This document shows, piece after piece, positions 12,881 through 25,908 of a DNA stretch of 64,000 bases (within the stretch, counting starts at the first letter, position 1; each line of letters starts with the position of its first letter). Source of the DNA: Octopus vulgaris. Taxonomy: Eukaryota. The position numbers were made by a program, and so were the translations under genes. Location: assembly GCA_951406725.2 (NCBI GenBank), contig OX597822.1, positions 11,036,001 to 11,100,000 of the forward strand, in the 5' to 3' direction. The notes under the pieces are model-generated. The model was not told the origin of the DNA. It did not search any database and was given only the letters and a program-made list of their open reading frames with translations.

Positions 12881-13284
12881 AGTAGTAGTAGTAGTAGCAC
12901 CAGCAGCGGTGGTAGTGGTGTTGCTGAGGAGGAGGAGGGGGACTTATGAAGAGCAGTGGTGGTGGGGGGAGATATAATGTGTGAGAGGTGCAGGAAGCTG
13001 AGGAAGAGAGGGACAACAGAATGGGAAGAGACAGAGTAGAAATTGGACGGAGTAGGGGGAAGAGATTGCATGGAAACAGAGAGAGGGAAAGCGGAGACGG
13101 GGTTGTAGAGAGGTGTGTGAAAGGAGAGCGAAAGCGTAGAATGAAGGAAGGAGGAGAGTAACGCAGCGAAGATGGGAGTGGTGGGAGGAGAGGATTGCAA
13201 CATTTAGAAGACGTTACACACACACGCACACACACAGACGCACACATACTTGCACACCACACAGAATCACGTATATTCGTATAC

Positions 13285-13626
13285 GCGCAGGCGCGGTTCT
13301 GAGAGATAGGAAATTTGCTTCCCAACCACATGGTTCCGGGTTCAGTCCTACTGCGGGGCACATTGGCCTAGTGTCTTCCTACTATACCCAGGCGAAATGC
13401 CTAGCCGTATTTCGTCTGCCGTTACGTTCTGAGTTCAAATTCCGCCGAGGTCGACTTTGCTTTTTCATCCTTTCGGGGTCGATAAATAAAGTACAGTTTC
13501 GCACTGGGGTTGATGTAATCGACTTAATCCGTTTGTCTGTCCTTGTTTGTCCCCTCTGTGTTCAGCCCCTTGTGGGTCGATCAAAGCTTTCTGGGTGGAT
13601 TTCGTAGACAGAAACTGAAAAAGAAG

Positions 13627-13630
<4 letters not shown>
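13285..13630 (+). mobile_element. SINE family B interrupted by a family C copy (about 13390-13578)
   Basis: Family B sequence breaks at ACTATACC and resumes at GGGTCGATCAAAGC. Confidence 0.8.
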
Positions 13631-13696
<66 letters not shown>

Positions 13697-13892
13697 TGTG
13701 TGTGTGTCTCTGTGTGTGTGTGTGTGCGTGTGTGTGTGCGTGCGTGCGTGAGTGAGTGTGTGTGTATGGGTGTAATTATCTCAACTGGAGTATTATGAGT
13801 TCGTGTCATGCTAGTGGTAGTGTAATGTTCTGTATTGTGGGGTGTAAGTTGTCCATTATCGTAAATGGATCAGAACGGATTCTTTTCTTTTT

Positions 13893-14328
13893 TTCTTTTA
13901 CTTCTTTCATTCATTTGACTGCGGCCATGCTGCAGCACCGCCTGTAGTTTAGCAAATCGACCCCAGAATTTATTATTTGTAAGCCTAGTACTTATTCCAT
14001 CGCTATTTTTTTCCGAATCGCTAAGTTACGGTGACGTAAACGCACTAGCGTCGGTTGCCAACCACTACTACTACTACTCCTACTCCTCCTCCTCCTCCTC
14101 CTACTACTACTACTACTACTACTGCTACTACTTGTTGGGAGGGGGACAAACGCAAATACAGACGCAGACACAACAGGCTTCTTTCAGTTTCCGCTCCACC
14201 AATTCCATTCACAAAACTTTGGTCGGCCCGAGTAGAAGACACCTGCGCAAGGTGCCACGCAGTGTGACTGAACCTGGAACCATGTGGTTGGTAACCAAGC
14301 CGCTTACCACACAGCCACTCCTGCGCCT
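13893..14328 (-). mobile_element. SINE family B with internal (CTA/CTC)n
   Basis: Homologous to 645-1052. Confidence 0.85.
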
Positions 14329-14485
14329 GTAGTTTGTTATTGTTTCAAATGAACGAAGAGAATTAACTCAGTGTGGAAGGAAAAATAAATTAGAACAAAC
14401 GTGAATAAAGGTGTATTAAATACTATACAAAATATTCACGTGTGTTTGTATGTGTGTGCGTGGTGTGTATGTGTGTGCATATATA

Positions 14486-15250
<765 letters not shown>

Positions 15251-15269
15251 ACCCCTATATATGTAAGTA

Positions 15270-15605
15270 TAAAAAGTTAAAGACCCCACTTCGGTCATGA
15301 ATGGTAATGGGATTGCACCTAGAAAGTTCCCCTCCTAGGCACAAGTCCAGGCAAGGTTGTTTTTGTGGAAGGCCAGCGGTCGCCCATGCAAACCATTCAC
15401 CAATATCCATGCCAGCGATGTTATCCAAAGGAAAGGCAAAAGGGGCCAATACAGCTTGGCACCAGTAACATCTCTATTCTTTTCTACAGCTGAGTGAACT
15501 GGAGCAACATGAAATAAAAAGAATAGAACACACAACCCGGTCCGGGAAACGAACTCACTACCTCATTATTGTAAGCCTGACACTCTAACCACTGAGCCGT
15601 GTGCG
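15270..15605 (-). mobile_element. tRNA-derived SINE family D (CORE/Deu-like central block)
   Basis: Head GGCTCAGTGGTTAGAG..GTTCGTTTCCC; block TTTATTTCA.GTTGCTCCAGT.CACTCAGCTG. Confidence 0.75.
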
Positions 15606-15747
15606 TGTATATTACCTATAAAATTGGCTCCAGAACTGTTTCTCTTCAAAACATTTAGGCCTTGAGTTATTATGCAAACTTTTTTTCTGCTGTTTAGTAT
15701 ATATGACTCTATGCATGTATGTATATGCATATAATTGCATGTATGTA

Positions 15748-16992
15748 CAGGGTGCATAAGGTATTTGAGGACATACATTTTTGGGGTTATTGCTGCAATT
15801 TTTGCTAACTCTGTATGTTCTTTGTTTCAGAAAATCATAATGGCAGACCCTCAGCTTACTCAAGAAATGAAAAGTCTTGCAGTTATTGTACTTATAAAGG
15901 CTGAGCATAGAGATTTAGAAATATCTCGATTTTTAAAAGTTGCCACATCTTTTGTCTACAAATTTTGTAAGGTGTTAGAGACTGAAGATGGAAATGTATC
16001 ACCAGTATCAAAGCATAAAAAGCATTCTAATCGCTCTGAAATCATCAAAACACCTGAATTTATCCAGCAGGTTCAACAGACCATTGATTCCAATCCCAGA
16101 ACATCAATGACATCAATTGCAAAAGATCTCCGTGTGTCAGAAGGAACAGTCAGAAATGTTGTCCAAGAAGACATCAGATGTGAATCTTATAGGGTGAGGA
16201 AAGGTCAATTTGTCAGAAAAAGCCAAAGAAAATCACTTCATCAGATCTAAAAGGCTCTTAAATAAACTGTAAAATCCAGCTGAGGAAGATTTGATTTGGT
16301 TTTTCTCAAACGAGAAAAACTTCGACCACGATCAAAACGTTAACAAAAGAAATGACAGATGGTTTTGTGCAGACCCTTCTGAAGTTCCATACAACATTTT
16401 CTGCAGCTGTCATGGTTTTAGGGTTTGTCAGCAATGAAGAACATGTGATGCCTCCTTTCCACAAGGTTGTAGAGTTAACTCTGCCACCTACATTGTGGTC
16501 CTAGAAATAATTGTTAAGCCCCGGATAGACAATGTATGCAATGGAAGGCCATATGTGTTTCGGTAAGACTTTGCTCAATCACACATGGCTCTAGTAACAC
16601 AGCAATGGATGGCTGAAAATTTTCATGATCACATAACCCCTAATATTTGGCCTCCTAATTCCCCAGATCTCAATCCATTGAACTATGACATGTGGATCGT
16701 TATTGAAAGAGAGATCAATGAACTTGCCCATAGCACCAAAACTTTTTTGAAAGCCGCGATAGTCAGAATAATATCCAAAATAAACCAGGACCACTTGATT
16801 CGAGCATGTAGATGTCTTAGATCTCACTGAAGCTGAATAAAGCTGAAGGTGGCTTTATTGAATAACATTATAGAAAAGAAGGTTTATTTTATTCACATAG
16901 CATTTTTTGATAAATATAGCTGTTACCTGTTATTTTATAAATCTCTTTTTTTTTATAAACATAAATGTTCCTCAAATATTTTACGAACTCTA
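15748..16992 (+). mobile_element. Tc1/mariner DD37D (maT-like) transposon, near full length, pseudogenised
   Basis: Degenerate TIRs CAGGGTGCATAAGGTATTTGAGGA / TCCTCAAATATTTTACGAACTCTA; HTH region MADPQLTQEMK..NPRTSMTSIAKDLRVSEGTVR, FFSNEKNF, WPPNSPDLNPLNY. Confidence 0.9.
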
Positions 16993-17012
16993 TATATAGT
17001 TATGTATATAGT

Positions 17013-17243
17013 AGGCGGCGAGCTGGCAGAAACGTTAGCGCGCCGGGCGAAATGCTTAGCAGAATTTCGTCTGTCGCTACGTTCTGAGTTCAAATTCCGC
17101 CGAGGTCGACTTTGCCTTTCATCCTTTCGGGGTCGATAAATAGAGTACCAGTTTCGCACTGGGGTCGATGCAATGGACTTAATCCCTTTGCGTATCTTTG
17201 TTTGTCCCCTCTGTTTAGCCCCTTGTGAGCAGTAAAGAAATAT
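17013..17243 (+). mobile_element. SINE family C, full length, Tx1-like tail
   Basis: 17-bp duplication TATATATAGTTATGTAT at 16991-17007 and 17243-17259. Confidence 0.92.
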
Positions 17244-17253
17244 ATATATAGTT

Positions 17254-17394
17254 ATGTATGTATGTATGTATGTATGTATGTATGTATGTATGTATGTATG
17301 TATGTATGTATGTATGTATGTATGTATGTATGTATGTATGTATGTATGTATGTATGTATGTATGTATGTATGTATGTATGTATGTATGTATGTA

Positions 17395-17487
<93 letters not shown>

Positions 17488-17530
17488 ATGTATGTATGTA
17501 TGTCTGTATGTATGTATGTATGTATGTATG
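17254..17530. repeat. (TATG)n/(TG)n microsatellite
   Basis: Directly visible. Confidence 0.95.
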
Positions 17531-17914
17531 CATGTAGTAGCGGTTCGTGTATAGGCACTGCGGAACTGCAGCACCCACTATTTCCACTCGACATTATCGA
17601 TAATATTCAATATAATGAGTCCTTTTTTGCTTTAATTCTTTCTTTATACATTATATAATCCTCAAGCTTAATGTCTGTAGCCATTCCCTGGTTTATGAAA
17701 AAAATACAAAAATCCTTGTATAGAACTATGCGCCTCACGGTTCCAGCGACGTGGTGTTTGGCTGTTGTGCACATGTTCACATGTCCGAGATAGGAAGTTG
17801 CATGCTATGGAGAGAGAGCACTGCCAACCAAGGTGCTGGCGAAAAGTAAGGTTTCTTTTAAACTCTGCGTGAATTGTGCTTAAAAACGTGTTTATATTCT
17901 TGAATGTGAGAAAA

Positions 17915-18045
17915 TCCACTCAGCTGCTAAAATGAGTAATTTTGCGACGGACAGGCGTCCCGTCCAGATGGGAAATTTATATGCCATAGGAGTCGGGAAA
18001 CCGGCCCTTGTAAGTCGGCATAACTCGAGAAGGCAACCTTTATCT
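17915..18045 (+). mobile_element. SINE family D fragment with family-A type 1 tail
   Basis: TCCACTCAGCTG..AAATGAGTA followed by TGCGACGGACAGGCGTCCCGTCCAG (compare 4239-4263). Confidence 0.6.
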
Positions 18046-18870
18046 TCACCTCTGATACCCTTTAAAGAGATAGTTTGAATTCTATTTGATAACAATACGC
18101 CTGTTTCTTTCATTTTTTTTTTTAGTTGAGAGGGAGAATAGTAGGGGAAATGTTCATAGTGGATTAAATAGCCGCATAGATGCTCCCTCTTTGGTCATTT
18201 CTGTTGATTGGCACTTGTATAGTTGGAACTGTTTAGCCCCGGTGTAAGTCCTGGTTTTGTAAACCGGTTCCGTCACAATTTCGTCTGTTACACCACTGGC
18301 AACACTATTCATTATGTCGGCCGGGCGGGGGGAGGGGGCATACAAAATATATGTTTAGGGAGAAATGACTTCTATTTCTGGTAAGCTCAAGTACCACTTA
18401 CTGGTGGTTGGCAGGTACAAGATTATCTGATAAACTCATTAATTCATTAAATTATTCATTGATTGTTCTAGCCGTTTGTTTATTCGTTCTTTTGTTCGTG
18501 TGTGCGTATGGGTGAGAATGCCTTTGTGTGTGCGTGTGTGTGTGTTTGTGTGCGTATGCGTATGAGTCGGTATGGGTTCAGTCTCATTGTCGTCTGCTTC
18601 AGTCAAAATATATGATGAAGCGTAAAACTGAATGAAAACGAATGTGTATATGGCGGCCAACGAGGATAAGTTCGAATTTTACAAACAATGGACAGCAATG
18701 TAGTGAAATGAGAAACATAAGTAGAAAAGTGTGGCACGAAGAGAAGTACACACACACAGAATATATACACAAATAAATATACGCATATTCATACGCACAG
18801 TACTACACAATCAAACCATATACACATGCACTCACATATATATAGAGAGAGACGCGCATTCTTACACACA

Positions 18871-18905
<35 letters not shown>

Positions 18906-19038
18906 TATAACATGTGAAATCTAATTTACTAGAATGAGTAATAAATTACAATAATCACAAATCATTTATTTAATGAATAATGGAAGATAAATTAGTTACT
19001 TAGGAATAAGAACGGCATTAAAAGATTAACTCGTATAT

Positions 19039-19069
<31 letters not shown>

Positions 19070-19183
19070 CGCATATATGTGTATATGTGTGTGTGCGCGT
19101 GTGTGTGTGTGTATGTATACATATACGTATATATAGTTCTATACTTATATACATATACACACATATATTTACCGTTAGATGTT

Positions 19184-19219
<36 letters not shown>

Positions 19220-19222
19220 ATC

Positions 19223-19283
<61 letters not shown>

Positions 19284-19399
19284 TGTGTGTACATGTACAT
19301 AAATACGCACGAGCGTACATGTGTGTGAACATACGTGTCGGTGTGTATAGATAAATATGTATGTGTTTCTCTTAAACTTATATTTGCTAGGACTATTTA

Positions 19400-19810
19400 T
19401 AATTTCTGAAGTAATTTTAGGGAAACGGGTGAGTCGATTGCATCGACTCCAGTACTTGACTGGTACTTATTTTATCGATCCCAGAAAGATGAATAGCAAA
19501 GTTGACCACAGCAGGATTTGAACTCAAAACGTGGAGAGCCACAAGAAATGCCGCTAAGCATTTTGTCCAATGCACAAACGTTACCGAAAGAACTATCAGT
19601 TCTGATATAGGTATAAGACCTGAAATTTGCGAGAAGGGTTCGTTGGAACTACCAAAATAGTACATGACAGGTATCTTATTTTATCGATCCAAGAAGAATG
19701 AAATGCAACGTTGACCAAGGCAAGAATTCGGTCCAGAACGCAAAGATCCGCATGACACAACACTTTGAGACATTCTCTCCGATGCTCTGCTGATTCTGAT
19801 AATCCACTCT
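19400..19810 (-). mobile_element. Two diverged tandem SINE family C copies
   Basis: Degenerate family C blocks. Confidence 0.65.
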
Positions 19811-19987
19811 CACCAAAACAATAATCATAAGAATAAACTACAATTTATTTATTATTTATTGTTTATTGTTTTTAATTCATTTAAAAAAAAAGGTAGTGAT
19901 GCTATGACTCAAGACGGATAAAAGAGTATACGACCCTCACTGGATTTGGACTCAGAACGCACACTGGACGTTATTTAATACTGGGGT

Positions 19988-20310
19988 GTGGCACTCCGTC
20001 AGTTACGACGACGAGTGTTCCACTTAATCCGATCAACGGAACAACCGGTTCGTGAAGTTAACGTGTAAGGGACTGAGCACTCCACAGACCGCACGCACCC
20101 ATAACGTACTTCTGAGGGAAATTCAGCGCGACACGGTGTGACAAGACTGGCCGTTTGAAATACAGGTACAACTCGTTTTTGCCAGCTGAGTGGACTGGAG
20201 CAACGTGAAATAAAGTGTCTTGCTCAAGGACGCAATGCGTTGCCGAGAATTGAACTCACAATCTTACGATCGTGAGACGAATACACTAACCACTAACTTA
20301 CCTTCACAAC
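19988..20310 (-). mobile_element. SINE family D with tail shared with family A type 2
   Basis: CORE/Deu-like block plus ...CGTCGTCGTAAC.GACGGAGTGC tail. Confidence 0.8.
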
Positions 20311-21001
20311 TGGGGTTCAATTTAGACACAATAACAACCAATTTTAAGTGGAGGGAGTTATTCGATTCCATCGATCCCAGTACATGACTGGTACTATATT
20401 TTATCGATATCGAAGGGATGAAAGGCAAATTTGATCACAGCGGGATTTGAACTAATAACAGTAAAATTTAAAATTTAATAAAAACGAAAGACAGAAAAAA
20501 TACTGCAAACCATTTTCCCAAAGCCCTAACGATTTTGCTAGTTCGACACAATCTCGTAAATTAATACTAATTTCTAGCATTTTTTGCAGAAACGGAAGAG
20601 TGGGGTACAGCATTAAACAAACGAATTTCTCTGAGAAATTTCTCCGAGAGAAAACAATACAACTAGCGCCGATCAACGTTTGTGTATGCATTAAAAATAT
20701 TTTACAAATCATCATTTCAATATAATGTTGTTTCAAGTGCGTATATCAATTTAATTTTAACCTGACCAGCTTTTCGGCCGAGTTCAGATAGTTTGAATGT
20801 GTTCTTCACTGAGGAGACTAAAGTATTTCGAAACACCATGGTTGACGATATTCTGAGCATGCTCTAAGTATATTTAACGCACAAGTCTGTTTGAGAAGTA
20901 TCTCTGAGACAAGACATTACATTTAGTGCAGTTCTACGTGTTTAAATACATTATAAAATGTTCCATACATCGTTATTTTAGTCTAAAGTTACTTCAAGTA
21001 C

Positions 21002-21389
21002 GGAGGCGCAATGGCCCAGTGGTTAGGGCAGCGGACTCGCGGTCGGAGGATCACAGTTTCGATTCCCAGACCGGGCATTGTGAGTGTTTATTGAGCGAAG
21101 ACACCTAAAGCTCCACGAGGCTCCGGCAGGAGGTGGTGGCGAACCCTGCTGTACTCTTTCACCACAACTTTCTCTCGCTCTTTCTTCCTGTTTCTCTTGT
21201 ACCTGTATTTCAAAGGGCCAGCCTTGTCACATTCTGTGTGTCACGCTGAATCTCCTCGAGAACTACGTTAAGGGTACACGTGTCTGTGGAGTTCTCAGCC
21301 ACTTGCACGTTAATATCACGAGCAAGCTGTTCCGTTGATCGTATCAGCTGGGACCCTCATCGTCGCAACCGACGGAGTGCTCCTACTAT
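21002..21389 (+). mobile_element. SINE family A, tail type 2
   Basis: A and B boxes; TSD TTCAAGTACG at 20993-21002 and 21390-21399. Confidence 0.92.
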
Positions 21390-21724
21390 TTCAAGTACGT
21401 ATGTTAATTTAAGTAATGTTTTTACTCGTATTGACGAAGGGTACGGTCTGTTAAATGCCAACGATGGCTGGTGCTAATTTTATCGGCCCTGAAAGAATGA
21501 AAGACAAAATAATCTGCAACAGCGCTACAGCTTTCGGCCAGAATTAAAATGTTAAAAGGCAGCGATGTTTGTGATGTGAGAATTGGAAAAGGGGCAGATA
21601 AACTGCCATGCTTAATAAATAATGTTAGGCAATTTCAAACATTTAAACTTGTCTAGCACCGCTGTGAAGAGAGAGCAATTAAGGACATAAATTCTACGTC
21701 GTCATCTCATTAATTAAGAGGGAA

Positions 21725-22395
21725 AAGCGGTGGTGGCGTGGTAGAAGCATCAGGGCGTCGGACATAATGCTTTCGATATTTGTCCTGGTCTTTAACTTTC
21801 GAAGTTCAAAAACTACGTTGGTTAAATTTGTCTTTCATCTCTTCAGGATCGATAAAATAAAATATTAATCAATTACTGAGGTTGATGTAATCAACTAAAC
21901 TCTCTTCTAAAATCTGCTGGCCTTGTGTCTAAATCAGGAACAAGTCTTGAGTTTAAATCCCGCTGAGGTTAACTTTGTCTTATATCCTTCTAGGGATAAT
22001 AAAAAATAAAGTACCTTTAAACAAAAATAAAATACACGATAAACAGGAAGCGAGAGATGCACCAAGTGAGCTTTCGTGTGAAGGGGCACAGTTCGGTTTT
22101 TCAGAAATGCAGGAACCATTGTAGAAACAATAAAATTCTTAGGTCACTGCTCTAGTGACTGCTGCAGTGTAGTCGAAACTTTTCAGAATCTTTAGCGTTC
22201 AGATTCGGACAAAAAGCTTGGCAATATTTCTTCCGGTTCTTTATGTGCTGAGTTCAAATCCCCCAGAGTTCAATTTTATCTTTCATCCTTACAGGGTGGT
22301 TAAAATAAAGTACCAGTCAAGTACTTGGGTTGATGTAATCAACTTGCTTCTTCCCCTCAAAACCAGATTGCCCTGAACCAAAATTTGAACCATTA
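21725..22395 (+). mobile_element. Cluster of old diverged SINE family C copies
   Basis: Three degenerate GAGTTCAAAT..TTTCATC..AAGTAC blocks. Confidence 0.6.
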
Positions 22396-23069
22396 TATTA
22401 TCTGAATTGTTGTGTTGTTGAAAGGGGCTCCGTCCCTGGACTGTGGAAGCTCCCGTAAATACTTGATGACGTTATTGATGTCTTTGAACAGCTTCGTGGG
22501 ATCATCAGGTGGATGGACTGGAGAAATTGGTTAACCCGTAGCCTAGGTAAGTAGACACAATACGGAATGTGAGAAGAACACCATGCCGGGATTGGGTCTA
22601 TTTCACCATGGTTGTCAGTTTCCATTACTCACTACAGGAATGGTTAAGTGATAAATAATAACGTATTGACTTCAATTGTATGAGACATGATTACATAAAG
22701 AGGAGACAGATGGTATACATTATATATTATACTTTTGTCTATTCGTATACAGACACACACACACTTATGTATGTATATAAATATATATATATGTAAATAT
22801 ATATACACATAGAAAAGTAAGGACACTCGCACACGAACACTCAAGCATTTCGTTGCATAATGCATTATGTAAAATGATTGACCAAAAGATTAAATAATAC
22901 TCCGAACTTGTTACCCCAAAATACATAGAGGCACAAATATTTACATACACGAGTATTCTCACTCGCAAACACATACACACAGAGCAGAATGTGTGTGCGT
23001 GTGTGTGTGTGTGTGGTTGTGTGCATACATACATACATACATGCATACATACATACATACATACATACA

Positions 23070-23103
<34 letters not shown>

Positions 23104-23217
23104 CAATGATAGAAAGATTGATTAATTATCTTAACCTTTCTGAAACCGAATAAATATTCTGTACACATATGCATATATTCACACTCATGTACACACACAT
23201 ATGTATATGTATACATG

Positions 23218-23248
<31 letters not shown>

Positions 23249-23509
23249 ATCTTACATGGGAAATGTAAACGGAGCAGAATATTCTGTTAACAAATACTGT
23301 ATTGTTTGTTTCAAATAAGTCTTTCTGCTTGTCTGACTGCCTGCCAGTACGTCACGATTACGCAGACATATTCCTAGACTGAATTTATTATAACCAGCTC
23401 AGTCTCGTTATTGGTAGTCATTAAATATATAACTCGAAATCATATAATATAATAGACTCTAAAACTTGATTGTTTAAAATCACAGAAAATTAACATGACT
23501 ATTAGTTAA

Positions 23510-23892
23510 TCTTTTTATATAAAAGTGAAGTTGTGTGTCTGTCTCCTACGATTTAGATTCCTAACTACTCCCACATTTTGCGGTGCAGTTTAACCAAAAC
23601 CGGGTATCTTATAGTCGTGATTCATATCTAGCCCTTCTGGGTATTAGCGCGCGTCTACGATGAGTCTACGATTTAAAAAAAATTACCATCATTTTTTTCC
23701 ATTTTAATGCATTTTTTCTATATTATATAAGGGAAGTAACTCTCTAAAAATGTCTACGAGGAGTCAACGATTTAAAAAAATTTACCATTATTTTTTTTCC
23801 ATTTTTAATGCATTTTTTTGCTATAACTCTCTAAAAATGCTTATATAGTTATTTCCCTTACAAACCCGAGCAACGCCGGGTGATACTGCTAG
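23510..23892 (+). mobile_element. Non-autonomous Helitron family 1
   Basis: 5' A|TC, 3' hairpin CCCGAGCAACGCCGGG and CTAG|T; internal tandem duplication of about 100 bp; second copy at 29168-29567. Confidence 0.85.
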
Positions 23893-24058
23893 TTTTCTAT
23901 AAATATATCTTTACTACTTTTGCTCGCAATAACTAAGTGGTTAGACCTTGTAGGAAGGAATATATCTGCTTGACAAATGAAGATTATTTTTTTTTGGTTT
24001 CGCTTGATTTCCATACATAACGTAGCGTGCATGGTCTATTTGCCATTCTGGCAGATTG

Positions 24059-24090
<32 letters not shown>

Positions 24091-24204
24091 TGTATGTATG
24101 CATGTATGTATGTATGTATGTATGTATTTATGTATGTATGTATGTATGTATGTATGCATGCATGTATGTATGTGTGCGTGTATGTATGTTTGTATGTATC
24201 CATA

Positions 24205-24505
24205 TTTGTCTCTTCCCTGAAGAAAGACTCTTTCCGAAACGTTGCATTTTCTATCCCTACAGTTCAGTGTATTCTTTTTTTTCAACAGGTCGCGGTCTCA
24301 AAGCGACGAAAATATTTTGGCAAATTAAATTTAAATGTTGAAGTGAATCTATCGGTTTTTGTATGTTTCTTAAATGGGAAATTGTATGTTAAATTGTATG
24401 TTTCTTCCACGCTGCAATTGTTTTCGTTCCAGCACACTATCTCAGATCAGATCACTTGCTATGTAAGTACATTTCTGCAAGATTTGTTAATAAAAAGTAA
24501 CATAT
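24205..24505 (+). mobile_element. Penelope-like terminal-repeat relic(s) with hammerhead-like motifs
   Basis: CTGAAGA..CCGAAACGTTG at 24217-24244; 24284-24420 homologous to the arms of the palindrome at 28548-28790. Confidence 0.5.
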
Positions 24506-24747
24506 ATATGTGTATTTCTGATCGGATAAATTGTTAGGTAACACCTTGAAGTTCCGCTCGACACCGACTTCAAAGTAAACTTGATTCTACTCTCACTATT
24601 GAAGCATCCCATTCGTACGTGTCCTGCGATTGTTCTTAGACTAGATTTAAAATAGTTACTTCAATTTAATCCCCCACGCACACACATATATACACATGCA
24701 CACACATACACACACATGCGTGCACACACACACAGACACACACACGT

Positions 24748-25135
24748 ACAGAATGTGGGAGGTATTTGAGGACACTTAACAGTCAATATATTAGTCCATT
24801 CAAAACCAATTATTAGGCTTTTATTTCCTGCAGATAAAACAGTGGTCTTTATAGTGATATGTGCAGAACACAATTTAAAAACTGCCAACCTTCTAAATGT
24901 TGCAAGATTTTGTGTAGGCAAGCTTCAGATGATATTGTAAAACTCTAGCGGAAATGTTTCAGATGTATCAAAAAAGAAAAAAACAACAAGAAAACATTAA
25001 ACATTCGGTCACTGTAAGGACACCGCAGTTCATTCCCGGAAAATCGATGTGGGCCATCGCCAAAGAACTTGTGCACAACTTTTCATCAAAATCTAATTTC
25101 TGGAAAGGCAAAAGTATTTCGTTTTGGACCCATAA
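24748..25135 (+). mobile_element. Deleted DD37D-type transposon relic
   Basis: TIR-like CAGAATGTGGGAGGTATTTGAGGACA similar to 15748; peptide TVRTPQFI/PGKSMWAIAKEL similar to IIKTPEFI..PRTSMTSIAKDL. Confidence 0.55.
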
Positions 25136-25320
25136 TATACTACTATGTCTATTATAAGCTTATCCAGTCAATGCTGTGTCTTACTGTGTGTTAACAGTAC
25201 CAGCAATTAAATATATGTACCAGTTGTTATAAATATACAAATTGTTCTATCCGATTTTGTTATACAACTAAACGAAATAGTTATTTAAGCAATATATTCG
25301 TGGATAGTTGATAAGTCAAA

Positions 25321-25372
25321 AGAAGCGCTGATGAAAGGACAATGAACCTTGAAATATGCATGTACCCCCACT
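25321..25372 (+). ncRNA. Minimal type I hammerhead ribozyme-like motif (helix I decayed)
   Basis: CTGATGA-AAGG(acaatgaa)CCTT-GAAA-TATGCAT-GTA; intact core, helix II and near-palindromic helix III. Confidence 0.5.
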
Positions 25373-25908
25373 ACCTAATTTTTCTATTTCCGATAGGATT
25401 ATTTTACATAGACGTATTTGTTTACGAAACGCTGTAACATACATGCAGGCTCTGGATTGTATAAAGAAATTATGGAAGTAACCTTAAAAATTTTATTAAA
25501 ATATATCTGTTTTTTTTTCTAGATTAAAGATGTTTGACTAAATTACCAAATATTTTCTGAAATAGCTCTCGCACCCTCTATATATGTTGGGTTCTCCTGT
25601 CGATTTCCAGGTACGAGCTCCAGTTGTTCCATAAACTAACCAACCTAATCAAATAATTTAACGCATTCCACAATCATGTTACTCTTATTGTAATTCATAG
25701 GTAGAATTAGTGTGACAGTGTGTGACAAAGCTGAATCTTGTCACAAACGCTCGCTACTACGCACTTTCCAGTCACTCAGTTTCACTTACACGGCTTGGTT
25801 TGTCCGGGGACTTTTATAACGAGACTCATCCAAAATGCCTCCTATGGCTCTGATGCTAACTTATAAACTATTCAGCCATGTTCTATACATCATATGACAT
25901 ACTTTTAA

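Noticed and set aside
15735-16830. Intact or domesticated transposase gene
   Set aside because: Frameshifts, stops and D-to-N changes at catalytic motifs (FSNEK, PLNY)
21002-21080. Functional tRNA genes at SINE heads (also 4036, 40867, 47024)
   Set aside because: A and B boxes are present but there is no clean cloverleaf or terminator, and they continue into SINE bodies with TSDs
22400-22625. Unique segment with a strong donor-like CTAG|GTAAGT at about 22546
   Set aside because: All plus-strand frames have nearby stops and no clear acceptor; the minus strand looks more like a decayed LINE 3' end before (CAA)n
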